A program made the position numbers and the translations under genes. The notes under the pieces are model-generated. The model was not told the origin of the DNA. It was given only the letters and a program-made list of their open reading frames with translations, and ran no database searches. From Schmidtea polychroa (taxonomy: Eukaryota): 64,000 nt of DNA. The stretch is from the NCBI GenBank assembly GCA_044892525.1, contig CM097885.1:15626001-15690000 (forward strand). The letters run 5' to 3'. Within the stretch, counting starts at the first letter, position 1; every line of letters begins with the position of its first letter. This document shows positions 14,404-28,469 of this stretch, piece by piece.

Positions 14404-17400
14404 CCGGCTAGCCAGCCGGAACAAGGTAATAGATGATTATATAATGTATTTTTTGTATTTACGTGATTATTTTGTGAATTATTTTATGAATTATAATATG
14501 TGTTATATTTTTATTGTTGAAACATTTCCCCTAGGGCCTGCCCTCCCTAACCCCATTAGAGGTGGATTGGCGCGGGTATTTGTCAAAATAATAACAGGGA
14601 AGACAATTACTCTCGAAGTTGAATCTAGTGACACGATAGAAAATGTTAATGCGAAAATACAAGATAAAGAGGGTAGTCCACCTGACCAGCAACGATTAAT
14701 TTGCGCGGGAAAACCATTAGAAGATGAGCGAACATTATCTGATTATAATATTCAAAAGGAGTCTACTTTGCGTTTAGTTTTGCGATTGAGGGGTGGAATG
14801 CAAATATTCGTGAAGACACTGACAGGAAAAACAATAACTTTGGAAGTAGAATCAAGTGATACTATTGAGAATGTAAAGGCTAAAATTCAAGAAAAAGAAG
14901 GGATACCCCCAGGGCGACAAAGACTTAATTTTGCCGGGAAAGTATTAAAAGATGGCCTAACGTTGTTAGATTATAACGTTAGGAAAGAAGCCACGGTACA
15001 TCTGGTTTTGGGGCTGGCAGGGGGAAGTCCAGTATCAGATGCGGAGTTCGAGGCGGGGTACAAGAGACGAACCGGGTGGAAGATTTCGTTAGGGCGTCTA
15101 CGTAACCGGGCCTTAGGAGATGGATCGGACCCTGGGGAAGATCAAAGGAGAATAGAGGCTTACGAAGATATGTATGAGGAAGTCATAAACGAATTGGAGG
15201 ACCTGAGGAATAATGCTCGGGAGTTAGGGCGGGAGAAAGAAGAAAAGGAAATTGAGGCAGATCTGAAACGGTTAGAAGCGGATTTCAGCAGAATCGGCGA
15301 TCTGGTCCTCACGCAGAAGGAAGAGAGTTTTAGAGTAGAGTCGCGGAAGGGCACAGAAAAATCATTTAGGAGCGAAGAGCCCAATGAGAAACAGAAGTGC
15401 ATAATGGGTTTGAAACCCTTGCAGCTGCCGATCTTTAATGGAAAGGTAATAGAATATCCTGGATGGAGGGCAATTGTGAGAGCCTGCATCGAGGACACGG
15501 ATGAGCCGAGTGAAAGAAAGTACTTGTACCTGAGACAGTACTTGGAAGGGAAGCCGCTGCAATTAATTGCCTATATTGGATATGGCTCGCAGGCTTTCGA
15601 GGCGGCGATAAAATTACTTGATGAAAGGTATGGGGGACCAGAAAGATCCTATTCCATGATGCTGGATGCGGTGCAGAGGTTCTTCCCAGTGAGGCTCAAC
15701 GTCTTGGAGGACCTAGAGCGGTTTGAAGAGCTGCTAGGAAACCTCATCCTGAATTTCAAGGATCAGAAGAGGGAAGGCGAGTTAAACAACGGGATGTTGT
15801 ATCACCAACTGCTGAAGAAGCTGCCAGAGACCATGCTGATTCAGTGGTCACGCCATTGTGATTCGGGGAGAGAGGGAAATGTGCAAACGCTAGCCGAGTG
15901 GATCAAAACGGAAGCTAATAGGCATCGGCAAGCAATGAGCATTCTGTTTGGAGAAGGGCGGGCAAAAGGTAGAACTGTCGCCCCAACAACTAACTTCGGA
16001 AATGCGAATAGGGGCACGAAGTTAACGGATAGTAGGCGCAAGATAGAGGTTAGCAGTGCTCGAAAAAAGGAACCAATTTGTGTGAAATGTGGTTCAGAAC
16101 ATTATTTAAATCAATGCTCAGAGTTCCTAAAGCTGACTGTTAAGGAACGAAATGAGTTTGTGACCAAGAAGCGGCTTTGTTACAATTGTCTTACAACAGC
16201 TCACATGGTTAGAGAATGCGAAAAACCGAGCTTTTGTAAGGACAGAGATTGTACTCGAAAGCATCACAATTTGCTCCATGGCTCAGAGAACAAAGTTGAT
16301 GGAGATCAAGAGCCGAGCAATGAGAACACATCAATGATGACGGTTCAAGATACACAGAGGAAGAAGATGTATGTTCCTTTACGAACGATTACAGCAAAGT
16401 TGATTAATAAAGGAAAGGCGGTCAAGATCAACGCATTGCTAGACGACGCTAGCAATGTTAGCTATATTAGCGATTGGGCGGCGCAAGAACTGGGGTTGGG
16501 AGGACAGTGGCAAAGCACTCCAGTTGGCGTGATTGGTGGACAATCACAAATGTTGGAAACGAAGCCCGTGACGCTATTATTGGCAAGCAACAATAACAAT
16601 TTAAAGGTAAATTTGAACGTCCTGGTGGTAAAAAAGGTCACTGGAGACCTGGGAATGTGTAACTGGAGGAAGTTATCGGCGAAATGGAAGCATCTGCGAT
16701 ATATAAACTTCCCGGTTATGAATACAAGGACGCAGATTGATGTATTGATTGGTTCTGATTACCCATATCTACATCGATCTATTTGCGAAGTAACAGGAGC
16801 AAAGCATGAACCAATTGCAAGGTTGACGCCCCTCGGATGGACATGTCTTGGTAGGATTGCAAGAAATCAAGCTCCAAGATGTTCGCATTTGGCTCAGAGT
16901 TATTTTGCGGTAACGGAAATGTTAAACGACGGAGAAATGATTATTCATGATGTAGATAATTCTGAAGAAATGGATTATATTAAAGAATGGGATAAAAACG
17001 ATGAAACACATGAAAACAAAAAGGCTAGCGAAGATGGAGATAGGGAAAGCAATGAATGTGAGAATTTACAATCTAGCGATATTATAAATCAAGATGGAAT
17101 AGAGCAAAATCGAGTCAATGAGAACGAGAATAATTATTCTGAATTTGTAAAAAGTAATACTGAACTATTAGGCAAAGCTTTTGATAAAGGAGACCAAGTT
17201 ACAGCAGATGAGTTAGAAAATATTGTCAAAAGTCACAATCAAGAAGAAAATTTTGAAAGTAAATATGATGAAACTGAAGTAGATGTGTCAGACAAGAATG
17301 AAAATTATAATAGTCATGTAGGCACAGAGGTTGTCGACATTAATGTTATCGAAAGACCGAATTCTTTGGTAGAAGATAATTTTCAAAACATGGAAGACGT

Positions 17401-17888
17401 AGTTAATGTTCAAACGGATTCTGCTTCTTCAGAAAATCATTTAGAAACTGATCGAATTATGCCAGATTCTGAGAGCAATGACAGTGATCTTAGAGTCGAT
17501 ATTGGTAAAGATCATACATCCGACACAGCTAAAGATTCTGAACAAAATACATTCACTCAACCAACGTCTGCTTTAGATGATATCATTGAAGACTATTCAC
17601 CTGGTTCCCCTTTATTAAATGAGATGCAACAGGGAAAAGTGGGGACTATTGAATTGGTGAAACATGCAGGAAGGATAATGGAGATATTGCAGCGAAACAG
17701 AATGAAAAGTGGCAGGGGCTTGGTCGAGTATGGCGATGGTGGGAGGAGAATCCACCATGATGTATCCAGAAAAGTGCGTGGTGCGGTGGCCTTTACCATA
17801 GCAAGATGGGTGTGTGAGGGGTATTGGAGAGAGGCAAAAGGAAAGGTTCCCCTGAAGTAATTGGGTGGTTGATCCGCTAGAAGGGATC

Positions 17889-17902
17889 AAGGAGGGGGGA
17901 AA
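17889..17902 (+). promoter_or_regulatory. Polypurine tract
   Basis: Unbroken purine run (AAGGAG, G-run, AAA) directly before the TG of the 3' LTR. Confidence 0.85.
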
Positions 17903-18955
<1,053 letters not shown>

Positions 18956-19637
18956 TATAACAGTCTCATATTATATTTTAAACAATTTAAATATTATTTG
19001 GAATATTTTATAAGATACAATAATATGAGTTATTTCATTTTATTCATATTTGTTTGTGTGCTAAATTTCATCTTTTTACAAAAACATTTTCTCAATAATA
19101 AACTATTGTTTAGATTATATTATATGAAAGCGAAACAATTTTTTATTTCTCTTTCATCTGTAACAATAAAGTTAATTTCGACCAAATTATATTAATTATT
19201 AATTAAAATTATTTTTTTCAATTTATTTAATTTGTTCTTTCCATTTGCTATACTCATGGCCTCGATAATGTAAGTTGATGTGATAAAGCTGTATTTATCT
19301 TATTAAATTTGCATTCATTTAAACAAACTACCTGATGAGACATAAAATGGACAAAATCATTGTACTAAGTACTAGTCCAGCTTGCTGGAATGCTTTAGGC
19401 AATGCCAAAGCTCTAGAGCCAACGATGAGATTGAATACAAAGATGCATCCGGTCTGTAACAGAAAGAAAACTCTTCATAAAACCAAAAATAAATGATGCG
19501 TAACAAACCCATCTGGAATAAGTGGCTGTCGGCATTTCAATTTATTTTTATTTCGAATATTAATCTAGTCTAAAAAATAAATTTTTGTAAAGTCTTCATT
19601 AATAAAATCCTGCTGATTTATATGAACTTTCTCCGTT

Positions 19638-19878
19638 AAATTTGATGATTTAAACAAAACGGGTAATATAATGATTTAATAAAATTAATTATCTTTTAAT
19701 AAATAAAATGCAATAATTTGATTAAATAAAATTAGTTCTCTATTTCTATATATTTTCAAATTTGATGATTTAAACAAAACGGGTAATATAATGATTTAAT
19801 AAAATTAATGATCTTTTAATAAATAAAATGCAATAATTTGATTAAATAAAATTAGTTCTTTATTTCTATATATTTTCA
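19638..19878 (+). repeat. 120-bp tandem duplication (2 units)
   Basis: AAATTTGATGATTTAAACAAAACGGG... recurs at 120-bp spacing. Confidence 0.9.
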
Positions 19879-21589
19879 ATTATTTATGAAATTACATAAG
19901 TGTTAATTTATTAAATTAAATGGAAGTAAAAAATATTTTCTGTTTTAAATTAATTTTAAAATATTAAAAAAAAAGAAATCGAAAATTGTTAATCTGTTGT
20001 GGAGAAAATAAAATATTTTACGGATAAATAAAATAGAATAATTAATAAAATAAAATAAGAAAAAATAAATTCTTCATTATTTTCGATATTTTTATTTTTA
20101 CGATATATTAATTAATAATAAAAATATTTTTTTTCAGTTTATAAAAATATATTTATTTTTGTAAGAACTTTTTCCAATTTCACCACTGATTATTTTTCCG
20201 TTGATTTTATTAAAAAGAGAGCTTGAAGACTATAAATCAGTAATATATCGATGTTTTTTGATATTCTCGAATTTTCGGCACTGTCTTTTTATGAATTTCT
20301 ATATTATAGAATTAAAATCGTATTCTTTAACACATGGGAAGACAATGAACAAAAGCATAAGAAAAGTAAATTATGCAAATTAACAAAATATGCTTAGAAA
20401 TATTTTGAAAAATATACTTTATTACAGAAAATTATTTTAATATCGGAAATCAACTGAATAGGAAATATACAGGAATATTTACAGAAAAACCCTCCAAACT
20501 CTAGAAAATTCGCAAATTAAATTTCCCAACTCAAAAAATTTCCCCAAATTTTTAAAGCTCCTAAAATTAATTTTCGCAAAAAATAACGTAATTTTATATA
20601 TGGTAAAAATTAGCTTGTAAATTTTTTTTTAAAATATTACTTTATTATAGGAAAACAACCGTATAGGAAATATACAAGATTACTACAAGAAAAATTTTCC
20701 CAACTCAAATTTTATAATTTTTTTATGTAAAAATTTTTAAATATAGATTTCACCACAAAACATGTTGTGTACATTTATTAAAAAAATACAAAGAGCAAAT
20801 AATTCAACAACAATTGAATTTCAATTGGTTAATACTAGAGAATTTCAGACTATTAATTCCAGAAAATATCTGAATGTGAATTAAATAAATATTTTTTGAC
20901 TGTTCACGACAGCGTCAGACTTGCATTTTGCTGGTTTATTTTTGGGTTCAGCATTATGTTATGCAAGCTTAGGTTTCGGATTGAATTTTATTGGTTAACA
21001 AGGAAATATTATTCGACCTATCAATTTTATCGTCAATGGTAATAAATAAAAAAATTACGGCATTAATTTCTCCCAGAATGGTGTTCTTGTTCCCGTGTTG
21101 AGAAATAAAAATTGGATTAAAAAATATAATTTACAAATTCAAATAAAATCAAATCAAAATCTGTAAATTCAAAACTAACAAATACAAATATATGATAACA
21201 CAACATAAAGGAATATAAAATTTTTTCAATATTCCAGAATTTCCTAGACCAAGAGACATTTTTTGGACCAAACCTTATCAATCCGTATCAATTACAGTAA
21301 TTGAAACAAAAACTTAATAATAAATTAAAATTTTATATAAATTATACAATTTTTAATTGAATAAATTAAAAAAACAATTTAAAAATAAAAATTATGAATA
21401 AAAAATATATAAAACACATCAAATCAAAATAGCCTAAAGGTACAAAATGTTTTTATAAAAAGTTTTTAAAAATAGTTTTTATATAGTAAATGGCGCCTAT
21501 GGCAAACACCGATCTTGCGCCCCTACTTACTTTTTATTTTCTAAAAAACTAATTTAGAATTGGGTAAAAAAAGCACATAAGTTAAACCT

Positions 21590-22680
21590 ACAGTTGGGTA
21601 TTTTCCGAGAAAATCACATTCTCGAGATTCGGGATTTCCCGAAGCAAATTCTATAGAATTCTCGAGAAGTCGAGAAAATTTAAAAAACCTATAAAAAATT
21701 CTAAAATCAATGTAAAATAAAGAAATTCGAAAAAAATATGTTTTTTATTTAAGTAAGAAGTAGTAAACAATTAATTAAAGCAATTAAAGTCATAAACAAA
21801 ACAGAAGTAAAACAAAAATAGTTCAAAACATTATTAAAATAGAATAGAGTATTAAAACAAAATTAATTCAAAAATATTATTTACTAAAATAAAATTTCAG
21901 AAAACATAGACTGTCAATGGCTGCGTCTGCAATCGCGTACGCTTTTGCGAAACAAAAAAGTTGGCTTAATTGTATTAAAAGCCCAGATCAGTCTTTGAAC
22001 ATTTGTTGTTTTCTGTCCACTTTTTTCATATATATTTAGTTCCTTTTTAAATATCGGAAAAAGTTCGTTTGACGCATGTTGCGCAATGTTTTCTTTTGGT
22101 TTTGAGCATTGCTGGACATAGTTTTCAAGTTGTTTCGCCATATCTTCTTCTTCAACGCTGTTGTTCACAATCACAGCATCATCGGCAGAATCAGAAACTG
22201 CTTGCTCTTCTTGAATGCTTGTAGAAAAAAGACGAAAGAGGTACGCTTTGGCAGATAAGAAAGATCTGCTAGTTTTCTTTTTAGGCTGGATAGAAACTCG
22301 TCGCATAATTCAGTGTGCTGATTCTCCAATTTTGTGAACAATAGTTTTAGAATAAAATTCGTTGCAAGTAAGTTCACATTTTGGCGGCTGAGAGCTTCGA
22401 CAGCAACACGAATAAGTTTTAGAGCATTAATGATATTCTCACAATGCTTTTCTTCTGCTACAGTAGTTGCCATAACCGTTAAATTGAGCGTGTCGAGTTC
22501 CTTACAAACGTGCTTGCTGATGCGAATGAACCTCGTCAGCATCGATTGAAGGCTGTTCCAACGTGTCTTACAATCCAATAGCAAGATAAGCTCTTTCTGC
22601 AAAAGCTCTTTTTGCAAAGTTAAAACTCTTACTCTGACTCCAAGCGTGTCTTTGACTAACCCACATATACCACTTGACAA
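21590..22680 (-). mobile_element. hAT transposase fragment
   Basis: LLLDCKTRWNSL motif and AVEALSRQNVNLL, similar to the 2525-4635 element; CGGGA/CTCGAGA subterminal motifs near 21600-21680. Confidence 0.8.
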
Positions 22681-23261
22681 CAGGAATCTTTATTGATGAT
22701 CACAAATAATTTTCACTTTACTCTGACAATCAATTCAACACTCCGCTCAGTGACTATACAATACTTATTGAAACACTCAGTGAAGAATAACACTCGAGTA
22801 AAACACCGGATTAAAAGATCCTTAACTACTGATTGGTTTATCGCCTGGGGCTTTGAGTTGGTTGTTTTCTTTGAGATTCTTTGAATTTTTTTTATCATTA
22901 TCTTTTCTTGTTTGTTTATTTATGATTCTTTCAGTTTGTTTCACGATTTTTTCTTCTTTCTGTTTTGTTTCTTGACATTTTGATTTTTGTGTCGCTTGTT
23001 TTTCTTACCAAAATTTAACCGTTAATTTTAAGGGCTAAAGGTCAGTGTCAATGTATACCTTGATGTAAATAAATAAATATTACAATATTTGTTTACTATT
23101 ATCAAGATTTAACTACAAATGGATTAGCATGAATAATAATTTTTCAACTTCCTATAATTTCGTAAACATTATATTTATTAAAAAACTTGACCTATTGTGG
23201 ATAACTCATGGTGCATGTGATGGTGGATGTATAATAAATATTAATAATAAATATTAATGAT

Positions 23262-24133
23262 TGTTTCAGCCGATTTTGGATGATTTTTTTTGTATCGCGT
23301 CTGTGTGCGCACACAGACGCGAGTAATAGGTAATTTATATTTTATATGTTATAAGTTATGTTTCTGTAGTAATAGATTTAAATCGATCTTTAATTTGTGG
23401 AATTTGGTTTTGATGGTTTGTTAATGGAAGAGCAGGAATCGTTTGTTTGAACTGGTAAATTGTGTAGAAATTTTGGATTTTTGTTTTTTAGTTGAAACAT
23501 GGAAGAAAATGAAGGCCTGAAATGTCGTCTTCCAATGAGCAATATAGCGAAGATTATTTTCTCACCTGAAGGGAGATCATTCCAAGTCGAATATGCATTT
23601 AAGGCAATTGCATTAGATGGATTGCTTTCCGTTGGTATTCGAGGCAATAATGGTGGTGTAGTAGCTACACAAAGAAAAGTTCCAGATAAAATGATTGAGA
23701 AGAGTTCAGCTACAAGATTGTTTAATATTACTGAAAGTACTGAATGGGTTATGACTGATATGATCCCTGATTGTCGATCTCAAACATGTCGTGCACAAAT
23801 GGAAGCAGATCGATTTAAATATAAAAATGGATATGAAATGCCTTGTGACATAACATGTCGTTGTATCGCGGATATTAATCAGCTCTACACCCAATCGGCT
23901 GAGATGCGACCATTAGGTTTATCAATGATAGCATTATCTTATGATATTGAAATGGATAAACCGTTATTATTCAAAACTGACTCCAGTGGCTTTGTAACTG
24001 GACATCGAGCTGTTGCAGTTGGTGGGAAGCAATTGGAGGCTAAAAGTTATTTGGAAAAGAAACTACGTAAAAATAGAGCGTGTGAAACTATCAAATACAT
24101 AAAAATCTTTTTGACGTGTTTTAGACGAAAACA
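23262..24133 (+). mobile_element. Solo LTR (872 bp) carrying a proteasome alpha-subunit retrocopy
   Basis: TGTTTC...GAAAACA ends, 6-bp TSD AATGAT (23256-23261, 24134-24139), and the palindrome TCGCGTCTGTGTGCGCACACAGACGCGA shared with the DUSP LTRs. Confidence 0.82.
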
Positions 24134-24191
24134 AATGATAATAATAACAAATAATAATATTAATAATAATGATAATAATAACAAAAAATAA
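23499..24191 (+). CDS. PSMA6: Proteasome subunit alpha type-6-like retrocopy, truncated at both ends
   Basis: IFSPEGR.FQVEYAFKAI, TQRKVPDK, FKYKNGYEMPCD, IADINQLYTQSAEMRPLG and LEKK motifs. Intronless; no stop inside the LTR; some conserved Gly residues substituted. Confidence 0.85.
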   Translation: MEENEGLKCRLPMSNIAKIIFSPEGRSFQVEYAFKAIALDGLLSVGIRGNNGGVVATQRKVPDKMIEKSSATRLFNITESTEWVMTDMIPDCRSQTCRAQMEADRFKYKNGYEMPCDITCRCIADINQLYTQSAEMRPLGLSMIALSYDIEMDKPLLFKTDSSGFVTGHRAVAVGGKQLEAKSYLEKKLRKNRACETIKYIKIFLTCFRRKQMIIITNNNINNNDNNNKK

Positions 24192-25631
24192 ATAATAATA
24201 ATAAGAATAATAATAATAATATAAAACGAAGATTCCTTGCCAGTAGCATCGATTAAAAATAAAATAATTAATAAATAAAGTTCTAAGATTTCAGTGCAAA
24301 TTTCATATTTAATAAAAAAATAAATGAGAATTTTCGACTATGAAATAATCTTATTTAATTGATTGAAAAATAAATAATAAAATTCCACTACTGGTCAATG
24401 TAGGCAAGGTGATTGCTCGCCATATATTCTCAGGAAATGGCCATAGTTTGCCTTTTGATGGACATGAAGGACATTTTGTATCCGGCTATTGCTGGAGGTA
24501 ATATTTTATATGGATGACACGTGTCAGCTGCCTGAGAGCCACAGGAATATCCTAGAAGGCCACTATTAGCATAGAAAGGAACTTATTTACTCCTTCACTC
24601 ACCAATGAGAATGAATAATAATTTAACATTATGCCATTTTCGCATCTAATGCTTTACTGATCCATCTCAGCCATGTAGAGGCGCCATTGAAAGCTTGGTC
24701 AGACCGCGTGCCAATACTCATGCTCATTGCGGAAAATCCAGTCAAATCGCCTTCATTGCCCTCATAAACATTACACAAATGCACTCAGTCTGGGACACAT
24801 TTCTCGCTATCCGTTCTGAGTAAGCATCCGTTTGTACAGCTCCTTTCATGCATGCCATCTGATATGTCAGTGTGGGATCTTGTCTGTGTACAAGTTTCCA
24901 CACCTTTAAATTGAGGATCTAGAAAGGATAAAATCAAATTCCTAATAAGTCACGTCACAATGTATCAATGCGTTCGATGAAATAACAAAAAACAATGAAA
25001 GATGACCACGACTACTGTTGAATGACATCAGAATGGTCCTGACAATTGCTCAATGGTGTCCATTAATTGGATTAATATTAAAAAATATAAAACAAATGTT
25101 TGATTTTTTGCTGAATCTGCTGTGACCGATTTCTGTGCCATATTTATGTACATCTATCAAAACATACACTCTCCAGGACATTCACTAGCACAGTGAACTA
25201 CAATTTGATAGAATCAATTTAATTAAGTGTCAATTAGGCATTGCATTGATCACAGATTTCATAAAATTATACAAATATTCGTTACAATTTAATTTTTTAT
25301 TGTGTTAAATCTAATCCAATTTATCAATATTGCTTTGTGCATTTGATGTTTTATCATTGCAACTATGTCACAATAAAATGTTATAAAATTATAATTTAAA
25401 TAATTTTGTAATATTTAAAATAAATGAGAAAAAAATTAACATTAATAATATTTTGATTTGCGCTAAAAGTTAAAAAACAATATTTATAAAATGTTTGTTT
25501 ATCTACATCAAAATACAAATTATAAATATTGAAATTGTCAACGTCAGACGAAATAATTAATATAATAAGTATGATTTATGATTGTTGTAAAATGTTGAAA
25601 TATTTTGATAATATTGTTAATTTTAGATAAA

Positions 25632-27491
25632 ATGTTTGCAATCGTATGGGAAATGATGAAGAGGAATAAATTTGAATTTGATAATGAAATCAGCATTGAA
25701 TTGATATGCAGAATTTGCAAGTGTTTAATGATAAAAGCTTGCAATGCTCCTTGCGGTTGTCGCTTTTGTTCTGATTGCATTGAGCAATATTTGGATGGAA
25801 AAGATAAATTCTGTCCAGGAGCATCAAAACATTGTGGAAAGAAAATGATCAATTTCAAAAAAGATGTTTCTGAAGATCATGCAGCCAATTTAAGGATTTC
25901 AGAAGTGATAGTGAGATGCCCAATGCAAAATTGTCAATTCAAAGATGAATTAGAAGTGATGGAAAGCCACATGAGTACATGCACCAAGAACACTGATCAG
26001 ATCAGTAATATATGCAATGAGATGCAAGCAATGAGAGATGAGAATGTGACATTGCGTAATGAAATTATCAATATCAATGTAAAATTTTATTTGTAATTAA
26101 TTTTATTGATATTTGTGATTGTAGGTGAAACAGAGCAATATTGAAAGGAAAGAGGCGGAGAACAAAGGAGAAATAGAAGAATTGAATGAGGAAATGGTGG
26201 CATTGAAGAATGCGAACCGCTCATTGAGAATGGATATGGAGACAAATATTGGATCAATCAGTCAAGTTTGATTATTGATTTGATTTACTATTGATTTGTT
26301 ATTGACGCAAAGCAGGTCAGACAGCAAATTGAGGCGATTGAATCAAAATGTCAACAGCAAATTGATGAGATGAGAGAGAAATGCGAACAGCGGCTGCAAC
26401 AAGGGGATGAAAAGGTGATTTATTGATTTATTGAAATATTTGATTTTGAGATTCAGTTGCAGCTTGAAATGGCGAAATGCGCCAATGATATACGGCAGAA
26501 TGAATCAAAATATCAACATCAAATTGATGAGTTGAAAGAGAAATGCGAGCAACGTTTGCAACAGGTCAGACTGCAAATTGAGGCGATTGAATCGCCTCAA
26601 ATGAGAGAAATAATTCAATTGGCATTTTTAATTATTATCTTGATGCTCATGGCAGCTCAAATTCGGCAGAATGAAACAAAATGTCAACAGCAAATTGATG
26701 AGACGAAAGAGAAATACGAGCAGCAGTTGGAACAGGGGAATGAAAAGGTGATTTATTGATTTATTGAAATGTTTGAATTTGAGATTCAGTCGCAGCTTGA
26801 AATGGCGAAATATGTCAATGAAATTCGGCAGAATGAATCAAAATATCAACATCAAATTGATGAGATGAAAGAGAAATACGAGCAGCGGTTGCAACAGGGG
26901 AATGAAAAGGTGATTTATTGATTTATTGAAATGTTTGAATTTGAGATTCAGTCGCAGCTTGAAATGGCGAAAAGCGCCAATGAAATTCGGCAGATTGAAA
27001 CAAAATTAGCAAATGAAAAATATATAAATTATGGATTTTTTGAATGGCAAATCGATAAATTTTCACAAGAAAAGAGAAATGAAATTATTTACAGCGAGGC
27101 ATTTTATTCCGGGCCAATCGGTTACAAAATGTGCTTGTGGTTGGGGACTAGTGGTGATTTGTTTGGGATTTTTAATTGGGTTAATGTTGGTTTCTGTTTG
27201 ATGCGTGGGGCAAATGATGAGCAATTGGATTGGCCGTTCAATCAATCCGTGACAATCGATGTGATCGATCCAGAAAATGGCAACATTTATATGAGCAAGT
27301 TTATGAAATATTCAGATCGCCCTCTTGATGCCGGATGGAGGAAACCGTCACAAGACAGAAATGATCCAATTGGCATTTATTATGAGTATTATGATGTCAG
27401 CTCAATCTATAAATTAGCAGCCAAAAGTGATAAATTGCTGCTCAGGTGCAGAATTGAAAAATTCTTACAAATTAAAAAAACAAATCAATAA
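25632..27491 (+). CDS. TRAF-family gene copy 2 (second zinc finger deleted, extended coiled coil)
   Basis: Exons 25632-26078, 26125-26265, 26316-26414, 26457-26747, 26790-26909 and 26952-27491 are all phase 0 and open. Exon 1 has a 108-bp in-frame deletion relative to the other copies. Confidence 0.85.
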
Positions 27492-27775
27492 AAATTGATT
27501 TATTTTGGCTTTTGATTTGTTTTATTGTTTGCATTTTTTATTATATTTATTATATGAGATAATTATTGTGGTAATTATTGTCATTCTCGCCTTCCATCCG
27601 ATATCATCATCACTTGGCGGAGCGCTCACAGCAAATTGCCAATTGCAATATCAACATCAATTATATAATTAAATAAAAGCAATTTAATTAAATCAAAACA
27701 TTTAATATAAATTTGAATAATTATTATAATTAAATTAATAATTAATTTGAAAGAAATGAAATTAAAATTCACCCG

Positions 27776-27907
27776 AATATAAGCGCTGACAAATCGCCTC
27801 AACAAATCAAACGCTCCTATGACGAGTGGAACTGACGAAAAAACCGCCGCTGATGTTATATGAGTTTTGGATAAATTATTGCTGTACTGAATGGCAGTAA
27901 AATGCAC
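27776..27907 (-). pseudogene. Unidentified spliced exon remnant convergent with TRAF (also near 7750-7885 and 56950-57082)
   Basis: AG/GT-bounded open segment VHFTAIQYSNNLSKTHITSAAVFSSVPLVIGAFDLLRRFVSAYIR, repeated downstream of each TRAF copy. Product not recognised. Confidence 0.35.
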
Positions 27908-28469
27908 CTAAATGCAATACTAACACCGCGTTATATCAAATTGAATTCTTTGAATTTTACTTATTAACAAACAACGAAATTTATCTTGAAATCTTGAAAT
28001 TATAAAAAAGGGGATCATTTAGGAAATTTATAAATGAGGTTTTAAAGTGAAGTTGAGTCCAATACCTAATCTACATCAATACCTTGTGGTGATAAGTGAC
28101 GGTTATGGAGTTTAAGGCGGGGGGGGGGTTATTTATAAAATTTATAAATTATAATCTTAAATTAAACGTAAGTTGAGCATACATAATAAAGTAATTTACA
28201 TTAGCGAATTTGGTACTTGATTGATGGTCATATTACTTGAGGGGCATAAATGAAATTATAATTTTAAAATTCAAAATTTTAATTAGACATTTCTAAGAAA
28301 ACAATTTACATTAATACATTTAGGATGAGATTAGTAGCAGTGGCACTTTAAGAGGTCAAAAATAAAATTTGTAAATTAATATTTTAATTCTCAAATACAA
28401 GATGAATAAATATATAGATAATCTATATTAGGGAAATTCTTAATAAGTAGATGACTCTTAGCAATACAC

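Noticed and set aside
14426..14534. Possible intron in the AT-rich linker after the PBS
   Set aside because: The GT at 14426 paired with AG at 14534 or 14559 gives 109 or 134 nt, which would break the frame, while the unspliced frame is already open. Not excluded without RNA data.
15160..16041. Antisense ORFs over Gag (and similar ones over integrase and TRAF)
   Set aside because: Shadow frames of genuine coding sequence.
24390..25200. GC-richer coding-like sequence between solo LTR and TRAF (also 53390-54600)
   Set aside because: All frames are interrupted and no motif was recognised; left unannotated.
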